The notes beneath the pieces are model-generated. The model saw nothing but the letters and a program-made list of their open reading frames with translations. It was not told the origin of the DNA and did no database searches. Both the position numbers and the translations under genes were made by a program. A DNA stretch of 64,000 nucleotides, taken from NCBI GenBank assembly GCA_965219505.1, contig OZ244775.1, forward strand, positions 2,558,815 to 2,622,814, read 5' to 3'. Of this stretch, positions 11,331 to 21,024 are shown one piece after another (position 1 is the stretch's first letter; each line of letters starts with the position of its first letter). This DNA comes from Chloroflexota bacterium (lineage in GTDB: Bacteria > Chloroflexota > UBA11872 > VXOZ01).

Positions 11331-11458
11331 TAAACCAAAGCGCATCATCTCCTGTTCACCTGGTCGTTGATGGCCGCCGTGACAGGTTCAGCAATCCGGA
11401 CTGTTCGCCGCACCCTCTTGACATCATGGTGATATTTGCAATTTATCAGACGTATTGA
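11327..11458 (+). CDS. Mini-ORF (43 aa): MINQSASSPVHLVVDGRRDRFSNPDCSPHPLDIMVIFAIYQTY
   Basis: ATGA overlap with the upstream propeller stop. Carries the same C-terminal motif as the other stubs. Confidence 0.4.
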   Translation: MINQSASSPVHLVVDGRRDRFSNPDCSPHPLDIMVIFAIYQTY

Positions 11459-11470
11459 TGGAGAGAGAAC

Positions 11471-12745
11471 ATGATTCCTTTGACACGACCTTGGTTGAGA
11501 TATTTGGCGCTATTGCTGGCCTTGGGCTTTGTCGGCTGCTCAAGTGTGGATCCACAACATAATGTCGTAGTCGATGCAGACTATCCGTGTGGGCCGTTTA
11601 TGTATAGAGACGGTCTATTCCTCAATGATCACGTTATTGCATGGACTCCTGACGGCTCTCAGCTCTTGTTCAACTATGGCACGTTGATTTGGGTCGTTGA
11701 TGCCCAAGGCACCCAGCTGCGCCCACTTGTTGACGTAAACCCAGCAGTGGCGTATTCGGGACATCTACTTCGGTTTGGTATTCATCTCGACATCTCTCCA
11801 GACGGTACACGCGTCGTCTTTACTACCTGCGAGTACGAAATTGAGCCCAAACCGGCACGACCACTTTTCAGTGAACGAGAAGCGTATCACTACGAAATCG
11901 CCGTTATCCATCTGGATGGCACCGGACAGCAGCGACTCACAGTAAACCCAGATCTCGATCACTATCCGGTATGGTCGCCGGATGGTAGCCGTATAGCCTA
12001 CATTGGGGAGAGGCCTGATGAAGACTCTCGTCGCCGGAAGAAAGGCCTCTACACGATGGCGGCGGATGGGTCGGACGTGCGGCAACCAGCGGTCCCATCC
12101 TCGATTGTGTTTGCTCTCAATTCGCCAGTGTGGTCACCAGACGGTGAGAGCTTAATGTTGGAGGGATACGAGGGTGGGACTAGTCCAGCGACTCATATTT
12201 ATTTGGTATCTACCGAGGGTTCGCAGTTGTCGCGGATACCGGTTCAGTCTCCGGACTATCGCAGTTTCATGGTGTGGTCGCCAACATTTGACCGGCTTGC
12301 CGCAGCAAAGCTTGAAGGCGAGGAGCTAACCCTCGTAATCCTGGCGGCGGACCCTTCAAACCCGATGTTGCTCACCAAGATTACTCATCGAAGTACGTTT
12401 GAGAGAAGAGATCACCCCTTTAGATATGGGATACGCACGATTTTATGGGCACCTGAAGGGACCCACATACTTTTCACTTGCGAGCCAATAATATGCGTGG
12501 TCAACGTAGAGGATGGACAGGTAATTGGGGTGGTAGAGGAAGCAAATGCTCGGGTTCGCGATTTCTACTATGCGGCCTGGGTGCCCGACGGCTCGCGGAT
12601 CACGATATATACGCCTGGAGATCCGCTTGAAGAGGTTCCCCCAGAACTCTACACGATCGCCCGAGATGGCACTGATCGCCGTGACCTGATCCGTCTGGAT
12701 GACGACGGCAACTTGGTGCCAGCCAATCCGCCAAAGGATGAATAG
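11471..12745 (+). CDS. PD40/TolB-like beta-propeller lipoprotein
   Basis: Signal 'LALGFVGC', the 'YPCGPFMY' N-terminal motif, PD40 repeats, and C-terminus 'DDDGNLVPANPPKDE'. Confidence 0.75.
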   Translation: MIPLTRPWLRYLALLLALGFVGCSSVDPQHNVVVDADYPCGPFMYRDGLFLNDHVIAWTPDGSQLLFNYGTLIWVVDAQGTQLRPLVDVNPAVAYSGHLLRFGIHLDISPDGTRVVFTTCEYEIEPKPARPLFSEREAYHYEIAVIHLDGTGQQRLTVNPDLDHYPVWSPDGSRIAYIGERPDEDSRRRKKGLYTMAADGSDVRQPAVPSSIVFALNSPVWSPDGESLMLEGYEGGTSPATHIYLVSTEGSQLSRIPVQSPDYRSFMVWSPTFDRLAAAKLEGEELTLVILAADPSNPMLLTKITHRSTFERRDHPFRYGIRTILWAPEGTHILFTCEPIICVVNVEDGQVIGVVEEANARVRDFYYAAWVPDGSRITIYTPGDPLEEVPPELYTIARDGTDRRDLIRLDDDGNLVPANPPKDE

Positions 12746-12747
12746 AA

Positions 12748-12846
12748 ATGAACTTTGACCGGAAACTGTAAGTCCCTGGCGATGCCCCCGACTGTTCGCC
12801 GCATCCGTTTGACATCTTGGCAATTTACGCACTCTATCAGACTTGA
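12748..12846 (+). pseudogene. Disrupted mini-ORF: MNFDRKL* followed in-frame by ..GDAPDCSPHPFDILAIYALYQT*
   Basis: It is homologous to the 14310..14411 copy, but TAT has become TAA at codon 8 ('ctgtaagtc' versus 'ctgtatgtc'). The conserved tail is still intact downstream. Confidence 0.35.
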
Positions 12847-12879
12847 TAGGCACTGCCGAACAAGAAAGTGTAGGGGAGC

Positions 12880-14310
12880 ATGCAACGGTTTTGGTCAGCA
12901 GCGCGATGGGTACTGCCGCTCGTCCTACTACTAGGAATTGCCAACTGCAACTCGCTGGACACTAAAGTTGACCAAAGCACGACCATAGCCGAGCTCCAAT
13001 ACCAGTGTGGGCCATTCTTCTCTGAATTTGGTCTCGGATACCAGGACCTCTTCCTTGAATGGACGCCGGACAGCACCCAGATCATATTCAATTATACGGT
13101 GGAAGGCCGACCGGACATCAATCGTCACTTCAGGGCAGCGGCTTGGGCTGTTGATAGTCAGGGTACTTGGGTGCGCATGCTTATTGACGCTAGTCATGGG
13201 AACGCTCCATTGTATGGTCTCCACGCTGACGTGTCGCCGGACGGCGCCCGTATCGTCTATGGCAGTTGCGAATTCCCAACGGAAAGTATATCCGTGAAAC
13301 CCTATGATTCGGAACGCAAAAGAATCCGCTACGAAATTGCCGTAATCAACTTGGACGGCACGGGGCAGCAGCGTCTCACGGAGAATGAGCATATTGACCA
13401 CTACCCGGTGTGGTCGCCTGACGGCAGCAGAATCGTCTTCATCGCGAATCCCCGCACCCCAGGCAATGAAGGCGGTATGGAACTCTTCATTATGGCGGCG
13501 GATGGCTCAGACGTACGTCGGGTTGCTTCCACGTTGATTAGGGAAAGCACAGATACAGAGGGATTTTACTACTGGCGCACAAACTGGTTCTACACGAACC
13601 GTGGAATAGAGGTCGGCGACTCTGAAGAGCCGTGGCTGGCAGCAGTGGCTATGGCGCCGCCGGTGTGGTCTCCGGACGGAGAGCGCTTGGCGTTTCTGGT
13701 GTACGCGGGGTCGTCGTCTCGGCGAATTCGCCACTTGCTATATACGGTGCGTGCTGACGGATCGGAAATGACGAAGATTGCAGAGACGGCGTATATGGCA
13801 GAGCTTAATGAAAACCCTGTATTGGTTTATATCGCGATGGGTGTGCCCTCGTGGTCGCCGGACGGCGAGTACCTCGCCTTTGTAGGGGTTGACGAGGCAG
13901 GCGAGGCGAGTGGTGTCTACACCGTTCGTCCTGACGGCACAGATCTAAAACAGGTGCTACAACCGCAGGGGCCAGATTGGAACGTGTTCCACGTGTCGTG
14001 GTCGCCGGATGGAACAGAGATACTGGTCGCCTCCCAGCAAGGGCTTCACTTCATCCAACCGGATGGCAGTGGTCTGCGAATGGTGGACGAGAAGGCTGCC
14101 TTCGATGCTTACGACATGACCTTAGGGATTGCTGTAGCGTGGTCGCCTGACGGTGGACGCATCGCCCTTTACATGCCGGGAAGCGCCTACCAAAACGTAT
14201 CGCCTCAGCTCTACACAATTGCCCGAGACGGCACCGATCGCCGCGACTTGATTCGACTGGATGACGGCGGCAACATCTCGCCAGCCAATCCGCCACAGGA
14301 TGAATCGTGA
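12880..14310 (+). CDS. PD40/TolB-like beta-propeller lipoprotein
   Basis: Signal 'LLLGIANC', the 'YQCGPFF' N-terminal motif, PD40 repeats, and C-terminus 'DDGGNISPANPPQDES'. Confidence 0.75.
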   Translation: MQRFWSAARWVLPLVLLLGIANCNSLDTKVDQSTTIAELQYQCGPFFSEFGLGYQDLFLEWTPDSTQIIFNYTVEGRPDINRHFRAAAWAVDSQGTWVRMLIDASHGNAPLYGLHADVSPDGARIVYGSCEFPTESISVKPYDSERKRIRYEIAVINLDGTGQQRLTENEHIDHYPVWSPDGSRIVFIANPRTPGNEGGMELFIMAADGSDVRRVASTLIRESTDTEGFYYWRTNWFYTNRGIEVGDSEEPWLAAVAMAPPVWSPDGERLAFLVYAGSSSRRIRHLLYTVRADGSEMTKIAETAYMAELNENPVLVYIAMGVPSWSPDGEYLAFVGVDEAGEASGVYTVRPDGTDLKQVLQPQGPDWNVFHVSWSPDGTEILVASQQGLHFIQPDGSGLRMVDEKAAFDAYDMTLGIAVAWSPDGGRIALYMPGSAYQNVSPQLYTIARDGTDRRDLIRLDDGGNISPANPPQDES

Positions 14311-14411
14311 TGAACCATAACCGGAAACTGTATGTCGCTGAAGGTGCTCCCGACCGTTCGCCGCACCCGTTCGACATCTTGGCGATATTTGCACTGTATC
14401 AGACGTACTAG
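14310..14411 (+). CDS. Mini-ORF (33 aa): MNHNRKLYVAEGAPDRSPHPFDILAIFALYQTY
   Basis: TGATG overlap with the upstream stop. The conserved tail carries a Cys->Arg substitution (cgt versus tgt). Confidence 0.4.
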   Translation: MNHNRKLYVAEGAPDRSPHPFDILAIFALYQTY

Positions 14412-14430
14412 ACACAAGGTGTGAGAGAAC

Positions 14431-17148
14431 GTGTTGATTGCTGGGTCGAAAGGTTTGACGAGAATAGCAGGGCTGCTGCTGCTTTTGTTGCTTCTTGGCG
14501 TGGTCGGTTGCGCCACCGCAGAAGAGGTTGACGACATCCGCACCGAAGAGGTCGACGACGCCCGCACTGAAGAGGTTGAGGATGACGGCCGTATCTACCC
14601 GTGTAGCCCGTATTTTCTCGGGGTCGACGAAGATGCAAAGCATTCTCCGGTCTTCAAACCTAGGTTTCAAGATTTCTTATTGGAGTGGACGCCCAATGGT
14701 GCTCAGATTCTATTTGGCGTCTTCGAATTCCGCAGGGCTCATGAGATCCGCGTGGTGAATGCGCAGGGCTCACGCTTGCGCACGCTCGTAGATCCTGCAA
14801 GGGGCAACCCCGCATATGGTTTTCATTTTGACGTATCGCCGGACAGTACCCAGGTTGTCTATTCCTCCTGCGAGTTCCAAATGGAAGGCTCCGCTGGTAT
14901 TGAATCACTTCCGGAACGGGGAAGGTATCACTATGAGATCGCCGTCATCAACCTCGACGGCACGGGACGGAAGCGGCTCACGGCGAACGCATACCTCGAC
15001 CACTACCCGGCTTGGTCGCCCGACGGCAGCCGCATCGCCTTCATCGCGGAACCAACTGGCGGGTTAGAAAAGCCTATTGAGCGCAACTTGGTGCTCTACA
15101 CGATGACGGCGGATGGATCGGACGTGCAACAGTTGGCGCCGCCGGCGGCGAGCAACTTGGCTTTCACGCCGCCGCTCTGGTCGCCGACTGGGGAGCACGT
15201 GGCATTCATCGTGAAGGAGAGAGGCGGACCGTTCTTTTACGCCCTTTACACTGTCCGGCTAGACGGATCGGAGTTGACGCGCATTGCGCGCATAGCGCAG
15301 GCGACCGTAGTCTTTCCGGTACCTCGTGATGCTCCTCCGTTGGTGGCCTTGCCGTCATGGTCGGCGGATGGAGCTTATCTCGCCTTCCTGGCGCAGGAGG
15401 ACGGAAGAAACTACAGCATCTCCACCGCCCGCGCCGACGGCACTGAACTGCGCCAGGCGCTGGTATTGCCGGAGCCGGAGTCGCTTCTGAAACCGCACCG
15501 CCTGCTGTGGTCGCCGGATGGCGAACATCTAGCTCTGGTCATGTTTGATGAACAGGTCGCAATCAGTAGCTTTTACCCAGACGTAAACGATCCGATCGCC
15601 TTAGATGAATCCGGCCGTATCTACATTGCACGGGTGGACGGCAAAGGCCAGACGCGGATACTGCCAGCGCATGGACCCTGGTGGAACCCTTCCCTGGTGT
15701 CTTGGTCGCCGGACGGCTCTGAGCTTCTTCTTGTCTCGCGGCGTCAAGTGTTTCTCATCCGGCCGGACGGCGGCGAGTTACGCCGCTTGGGCGTGGGGCC
15801 GCAACACTTATTTTCCGCTTTCGCAGGAAGTCAATGGCACAACGTTGCGTGGTCGCCGGACGGCGCGCGCATTGCGCTCTATGATGCCGGGCCGAGGAGC
15901 GTCGATTTCCTGGGCATTTTCACGGTCGTGCCGGATGGGTCCGATCCGCGCGGATTGATGTGGGCAGGTAGCGAAATCGGCGATTCACGGGACCTAGAGC
16001 CCTGGCATCTTCCCCAGCCGGTTACGCCTGTAGACCCGGCAGCGTGCACAACGGGGGTTGTCGTGCCACGGCCTGGGTCCAATCCCGGCTTGGTCGCGGA
16101 CTGCAAGACGTTGCTCGGTTTGCGAGATGCCCTGGCGGGGCGCGCGACGTTGAACTGGAGCGGCCAGACACCTATCGCCGAGTGGGAAGGCATTACTATC
16201 GACGACCGGCCCCGACGCGTGACCGCACTGTTGTTGAGAGATCGCGGCCTCACCGGCGTGCTCCCACCGGAACTCGGCCAGCTCACTGCATTACGGCGGT
16301 TAGAGCTGTCTTCAATGGTCGAACCATACCGCGGCGTGCCGAACAGGCTGCATGGCAGCATTCCGGCTGAACTGGGTAATCTCAGCAAACTTGAGTATCT
16401 GGCCCTCGGCGGGAACCACCTGAGCGGAGAGATTCCGCCGGAGTTGGGCAATCTGACGTACCTTCGGTACTTATTATTGGATAGGAACTATCTGCGCGGT
16501 GGCATTCCGCCTGAATTGGGCGGGCTCACCAATCTTAGTGGACTGCACCTCGACAACAATGCACTAAGTGGCTCGATTCCAACAGAGTTGGGCGGGCTCA
16601 CCTACCTTAGTGGACTGCACCTCGACAACAATGCGCTTAGTGGCTCGATTCCAACAGCGTTGAGCCGTCTCACAAAACTTGAGTATCTGCACCTCGACAA
16701 CAACGAACTGAGTGGCCCCATACCGATGGAGTTGGGCGGGAATACGGAGCTTTATTCGTTGAATCTTGCCTTCAATGATCTGAGTGGGACCATACCGCCG
16801 GAGTTGGGAAGACTTACGGAACTCGATTGGCTGGAACTTCGGAACAACAATTTGAGCGGGCCTATCCCGCCTGAGCTGGGAGGTCTTTCGAGCCTCCGTC
16901 TTCTAGATATTGGAAACAATAGTCTGAGCGGGCCTATTCCACCGGAGTTGGGCGGTCTTGGTTATCTCCTTTACCTAAATCTCTCCTTCACTGAGATAAC
17001 TGGAAGCCTGCCTCCCGAACTAGAGCAACTCCGAATTGGGAAGTATCTGCACTTGAGGCATACCAATCTCAGCGGCTGCGTGCCGAGAGAATTGCCGGAG
17101 ATTTGGGTAGAAGCAAGCGGTCTGGAACGGTGTAAAGCAAGTGAGTGA
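14431..17148 (+). CDS. PD40/TolB-like beta-propeller lipoprotein fused to a C-terminal plant-type leucine-rich-repeat domain
   Basis: Signal 'LLGVVGC' and an acidic 'EEVDDxRTEEV' repeat at the N-terminus. PD40 repeats occupy the N-terminal ~500 aa. About 13 tandem 24-residue LRRs of the form 'LxxLxLxxNxLSGxIPxELGxL' follow from aa ~600. Confidence 0.75.
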   Translation: MLIAGSKGLTRIAGLLLLLLLLGVVGCATAEEVDDIRTEEVDDARTEEVEDDGRIYPCSPYFLGVDEDAKHSPVFKPRFQDFLLEWTPNGAQILFGVFEFRRAHEIRVVNAQGSRLRTLVDPARGNPAYGFHFDVSPDSTQVVYSSCEFQMEGSAGIESLPERGRYHYEIAVINLDGTGRKRLTANAYLDHYPAWSPDGSRIAFIAEPTGGLEKPIERNLVLYTMTADGSDVQQLAPPAASNLAFTPPLWSPTGEHVAFIVKERGGPFFYALYTVRLDGSELTRIARIAQATVVFPVPRDAPPLVALPSWSADGAYLAFLAQEDGRNYSISTARADGTELRQALVLPEPESLLKPHRLLWSPDGEHLALVMFDEQVAISSFYPDVNDPIALDESGRIYIARVDGKGQTRILPAHGPWWNPSLVSWSPDGSELLLVSRRQVFLIRPDGGELRRLGVGPQHLFSAFAGSQWHNVAWSPDGARIALYDAGPRSVDFLGIFTVVPDGSDPRGLMWAGSEIGDSRDLEPWHLPQPVTPVDPAACTTGVVVPRPGSNPGLVADCKTLLGLRDALAGRATLNWSGQTPIAEWEGITIDDRPRRVTALLLRDRGLTGVLPPELGQLTALRRLELSSMVEPYRGVPNRLHGSIPAELGNLSKLEYLALGGNHLSGEIPPELGNLTYLRYLLLDRNYLRGGIPPELGGLTNLSGLHLDNNALSGSIPTELGGLTYLSGLHLDNNALSGSIPTALSRLTKLEYLHLDNNELSGPIPMELGGNTELYSLNLAFNDLSGTIPPELGRLTELDWLELRNNNLSGPIPPELGGLSSLRLLDIGNNSLSGPIPPELGGLGYLLYLNLSFTEITGSLPPELEQLRIGKYLHLRHTNLSGCVPRELPEIWVEASGLERCKASE

Positions 17149-17351
17149 TTGACACGCCGTAGCAAAGGGGCACGACAAGATTGCTCTTGGTTGTTGAGCC
17201 ACTTGCCAGCCGGATGGGTCCCTACGCCACCAACCACAAGGTATGCCTAATTCCGCTAAGGGCAGAGAGAAAACAATCCACTCTAGGTGTCATTGGAACA
17301 AGAGCAAGCCGCTACTTTCGAAGTGGTCTCTCCAGCCTGTCTCTCCCCCTA

Positions 17352-17930
17352 TCAGCCTCCGCTATCAGGCGTTGGCATCGAGTAAGGACAGGGAGTAATA
17401 CGGTCACCGACGGTGATGCCGTAGCGGGCGGCTGAACCAGCCGCTAGTTCCAGCACGTGCGTGATCGGTTCGGTCGGGTGGTAGCGCGGGAGTTGGTCGT
17501 CAGGTGTATCCTTCGGCGGGGGCAGGACCGCGGTATCTATTTGCACCACAGTGCCGTCGCGTATCCAGATGAGGTCGAGGGCAAACTTCATACCCGGCAT
17601 CCAGAATGAAGGCTGCCGAGGCTCGGGAAAGACGAACAGCATGCCGGCGTCCTCCGGCAGGCCGGGATACCCGCTCAGCCCTGCGGCCCGCTCCTGCGGC
17701 GTATCGGCGACTAGCACGTTGATGCGCGCCTCGTTGATGCAGAGCACCGCTTCATAGGCAAGAGGCGTCCCTTCTACCGGCGCGGATGGCGTCTCCGCAC
17801 CCTCGAGCGGCATCGTTCCAGGCGGGCCGCAGCCCAGCACGATGACGCTCGCGATCATCAGCACGGCGCCTGCCAGCGTTTTCTCTATGGTGCGATTTAG
17901 ACTCGTTTTGTTAGTGCACCAAACTATCAC
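17352..17930 (-). CDS. DUF192-family (COG1430-like) lipoprotein
   Basis: Lipobox 'VLGC' and a 'FWMPGMKFALDLIWI' segment resembling DUF192. Confidence 0.45.
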   Translation of the reverse strand: MIVWCTNKTSLNRTIEKTLAGAVLMIASVIVLGCGPPGTMPLEGAETPSAPVEGTPLAYEAVLCINEARINVLVADTPQERAAGLSGYPGLPEDAGMLFVFPEPRQPSFWMPGMKFALDLIWIRDGTVVQIDTAVLPPPKDTPDDQLPRYHPTEPITHVLELAAGSAARYGITVGDRITPCPYSMPTPDSGG

Positions 17931-18342
17931 CCATTCCTCCTATGCCTTTTATGTTCTAGGTGAACTGACGCTCGCACAGTTTGTGAACGACTACTACATT
18001 TGTCGTACGGGACTGTGCGTCACGGACCCCCGCACCTTTAGCCGTTCAACACTCGCTTCGTTTGCAATCTAGTTGGCACCGGCAAGACTACTCCAAGTAA
18101 GGATCACGTACGAATTGTCTTCAGGTCCTTCGCTGCTCCCGATATAACAGCCAGACAGAGCATGAGAATGGTGACAAATCGTAGCGCGGGGGCTTGCCCC
18201 CCGCTCCTCTGTGCACTGTCCAGAAGCCATGTCATGCATGCTTCTGTTGTCCGAAAAGCTAGTTTTCTCCTCCGAGTCAAGCACGGGGCTACGTCGCGCT
18301 CGAAATGACAATTGTACCCAGCACAATGGTGACTAGAACTCT

Positions 18343-18376
18343 TGAAATTCAATGAAGCCAATGCTTGACTTCATTG
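18343..18376 (-). terminator. Perfect 10-bp inverted repeat (ttcaatgaag...cttcattgaa) just 3' of the methyltransferase gene
   Basis: The stem-loop lies about 20 nt downstream of the 18397 stop on the minus strand. The trailing sequence is only moderately T-rich. Confidence 0.3.
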
Positions 18377-18396
18377 AATCCGTTTTCACTCATCCT

Positions 18397-19104
18397 TCAC
18401 CATAGTCGCGGCAGCCAGCCTGGCACGATCACTTTGTAGCTACGGAAAGCGTCCCCGTGCGTACATTCCAGGAAAGCGTCTTCTGACGCCGCCAGGCGCA
18501 CGTAGGCCGCCAGCAGCACCGGGAACATCAGCAGCGTGATGAGCGTCGGCCATTGGATGAGAAAACCCACCATGACCAGCAAGAAACCCACGTATTGCGG
18601 ATGGCGTACGTGACGATAGAGGCCGTCGGAAACCAGCGCGCCGCGAGCGCGGTATACGTGCCACCAGCCCCAGCCCATCAGCACTAGACCTGCGACAACT
18701 ACCGCGCTTCCACCCCACTTCAGCACGGGCACACCTACGCTCAATTGCAGCCAGCCCAACCGGTCCAGGGCCACCGCCCAGAGGTGCCCTTCGCTGCCGT
18801 CCAGCCCGATAGAGAAGCCGAAGACACTGCTCAACAAGTAGATGGTAAAGGGGATACCGAACATCTCGGTGAAGAGCGCAATGAGGAACGCCGGACCCAA
18901 CGCCGCCTGCCGCCAGTCGCGGCGCGGCAGCGCCACGAGAAACCCAACGACGAAGAGCGAAAAGAAAAGCGCCGATAGAATAACTGCCGGCCAGTTCCCG
19001 TACCACGGCCGCCCATCCAGGTAGAGAAACCGCACGAGCAGCGCCGTCGTCACCGCCAGCGTGAGCAGATAGAGTACGACGCCACCGCGCTTCACGGCGA
19101 ACAC
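18397..19104 (-). CDS. Isoprenylcysteine carboxyl / phospholipid methyltransferase-family membrane protein
   Basis: Multi-TM protein with the C-terminal 'DGLYRHVRHPQYVGFLL' motif typical of the ICMT/PEMT family. Confidence 0.65.
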   Translation of the reverse strand: MFAVKRGGVVLYLLTLAVTTALLVRFLYLDGRPWYGNWPAVILSALFFSLFVVGFLVALPRRDWRQAALGPAFLIALFTEMFGIPFTIYLLSSVFGFSIGLDGSEGHLWAVALDRLGWLQLSVGVPVLKWGGSAVVVAGLVLMGWGWWHVYRARGALVSDGLYRHVRHPQYVGFLLVMVGFLIQWPTLITLLMFPVLLAAYVRLAASEDAFLECTHGDAFRSYKVIVPGWLPRLW

Positions 19105-19595
19105 GTTGCGGCGTGCCGGCCTATTGTCGCTTTCGCCTAGCTGCCGATTCGCCAGGTTGTTCCTCCTTGTCGCAAGGCACGCACTGACACGCGCCGATCC
19201 TGCCAGTTATCATAGACGGTACCATAGGAGACTCTTGCAGAGCTCTGGCAATGCGGTAGGATGAGGAGAGACTGATTGGTGCGTACCCTGGCCCTCTCTC
19301 TCGGGGGACCTTTGCGTAACTCTACCAATCACTTGGAATAGGGCAGGATCGGCGGCGACTTCCCCTCACCCCGACCCTCTCCCCAGGGAGTGGGAGGTTT
19401 TCTCGCCTGCCGGCACCGGTTGTGCAATGATCTCCTCGGGGAGAGGAAATTTCTCGTCTCTTTCCCCATGAATTTCAAGGGTCTAATTTGGAGAAGACAG
19501 TCTGGTATTCGGTCCGGTCAATGGGTGCATATCCATAGGCTGACACCTATGGCGCCATCCATGGTTTTCTCTACCACATACAGAGGGAAGTTCTC

Positions 19596-20798
19596 GTGAA
19601 GATCACTGACGTTGAAGCCTTCATACCCCGCCTGCCGCCGGAGCCGCCCAGTTGGCTCTCGCACATTCGGGTGGCCAATCCCATGTCGCGCTATCCGGAG
19701 TATGGCGAGCGCCGGGCGCTGTGGATGGGGCCGCTGGGGCCAATCATCGTGCGCGTAAAGACGGATGACGGGCTGGAGGGCCTTGGGCTGGGCGGCGGCG
19801 GCAACCCAGGTTGTTTCATCGTGGAGCAGCACCTCAAGCGCTTGCTCGTGGGCCAAGACCCACGCGACACGGAGCGCCTCTGGGACCAGATGTTCCGCGC
19901 CTCGCTCCCATATGGGCGCAAAGGGCTGCCGCTCATGGCCATCAGCGGCATCGATAACGCCCTGTGGGATATCAAAGGCAAGGCCGCCGGTCAGCCTGTC
20001 TATAAGCTCTTAGGCGGCGCTACCAAGCCCGCAATTCCGGTCTACGCCACCGGCAACCAGTCGGCAGTCTATGCGTCGTTAGGCTTCGTGGGCAACAAAG
20101 TCGCCATGCCCTATGGCCCGTGGGACGGCGTAGAGGGCATGAAGCTGAACGAGAAGCACGTAGCGGACGCGCGCGAGGCGCTCGGCCCTGACATGCTGTT
20201 GATGCTCGATTGCTACATGGCCTGGGACGTCACCTACACGCTCCGAATGGCCGAGCGTCTCCGTCCGTACAACGTGTACTGGATCGAGGAAGCGCTTCCG
20301 CCCGATGATTACGACGGCTACGCCGAATTGCGCCGCCGCATCTCCTGGACGCGCATCACGACTGGTGAGCATGAATACACGCGCTTTGGCTTCCACGAGC
20401 TCATCCAACGCGGCTGCGCCGACATCCTGCAACCCGATCTCGCCTGGTGCGGCGGCATCACCGAGGCCCACCGCGCGGCGCAAATGGCGGAGACCCACGG
20501 CATCGACGTTATTCCTCACGTGGGCGCTACGGCCAGCTATCACTTTTGCCTCGCCCATGCCAATGCGCCTTTGGTTGAGTTCATCTTCCGCGCGGGCGAC
20601 GGCAGCGAACTCGTGCCGGTGCAGCCCTTCTTCAGCGGCGAGCCGCTGCCGAAAAACGGCCGCGTGCGCCCACCCGAAGCGCCCGGTTGGGGTTACGAGA
20701 TTGCACCGGAAGTCACGCTTGAACGCCCACACCCAACGTCCGAAAGCAATGCAGACGCTGCGCCCGGTTCGGCGGGCCTGGGAACGGGAGAGAAATGA
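19596..20798 (+). CDS. Enolase-superfamily dehydratase, L-rhamnonate dehydratase (RhmD)-like
   Basis: Colinear with E. coli RhmD: 'LMLDCYMAWDV', 'WIEE', 'YAELRRR', 'GEHEYT', 'QPDLAWCGG'. Confidence 0.75.
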   Translation: MKITDVEAFIPRLPPEPPSWLSHIRVANPMSRYPEYGERRALWMGPLGPIIVRVKTDDGLEGLGLGGGGNPGCFIVEQHLKRLLVGQDPRDTERLWDQMFRASLPYGRKGLPLMAISGIDNALWDIKGKAAGQPVYKLLGGATKPAIPVYATGNQSAVYASLGFVGNKVAMPYGPWDGVEGMKLNEKHVADAREALGPDMLLMLDCYMAWDVTYTLRMAERLRPYNVYWIEEALPPDDYDGYAELRRRISWTRITTGEHEYTRFGFHELIQRGCADILQPDLAWCGGITEAHRAAQMAETHGIDVIPHVGATASYHFCLAHANAPLVEFIFRAGDGSELVPVQPFFSGEPLPKNGRVRPPEAPGWGYEIAPEVTLERPHPTSESNADAAPGSAGLGTGEK

Positions 20799-21024
20799 CG
20801 GTAGGGTCGTGCAGGCTGCGACTGTGGGCGTAACTGGCGATTCTAAGGGCTCATGATGACTCCGGTGTAGAGTCCATTGCGAATCGCCATCCCTCTTGAT
20901 GGCGGGGAGGCCGCGATGGGGGGCGGTACACGCTATGTGGAATGGTGCCGCAAACCCCCTGGATTCCGGCTTTCGCCGGAATGACGCATTCATGCAAGGA
21001 TTCATGTGTAGCAAAGAGAGCGCC

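Noticed and set aside
17930-18400. The lower-GC patch as a prophage or IS remnant
   Set aside because: No integrase, transposase or terminal inverted repeats are detectable. Only short spurious ORFs and one hairpin are present.
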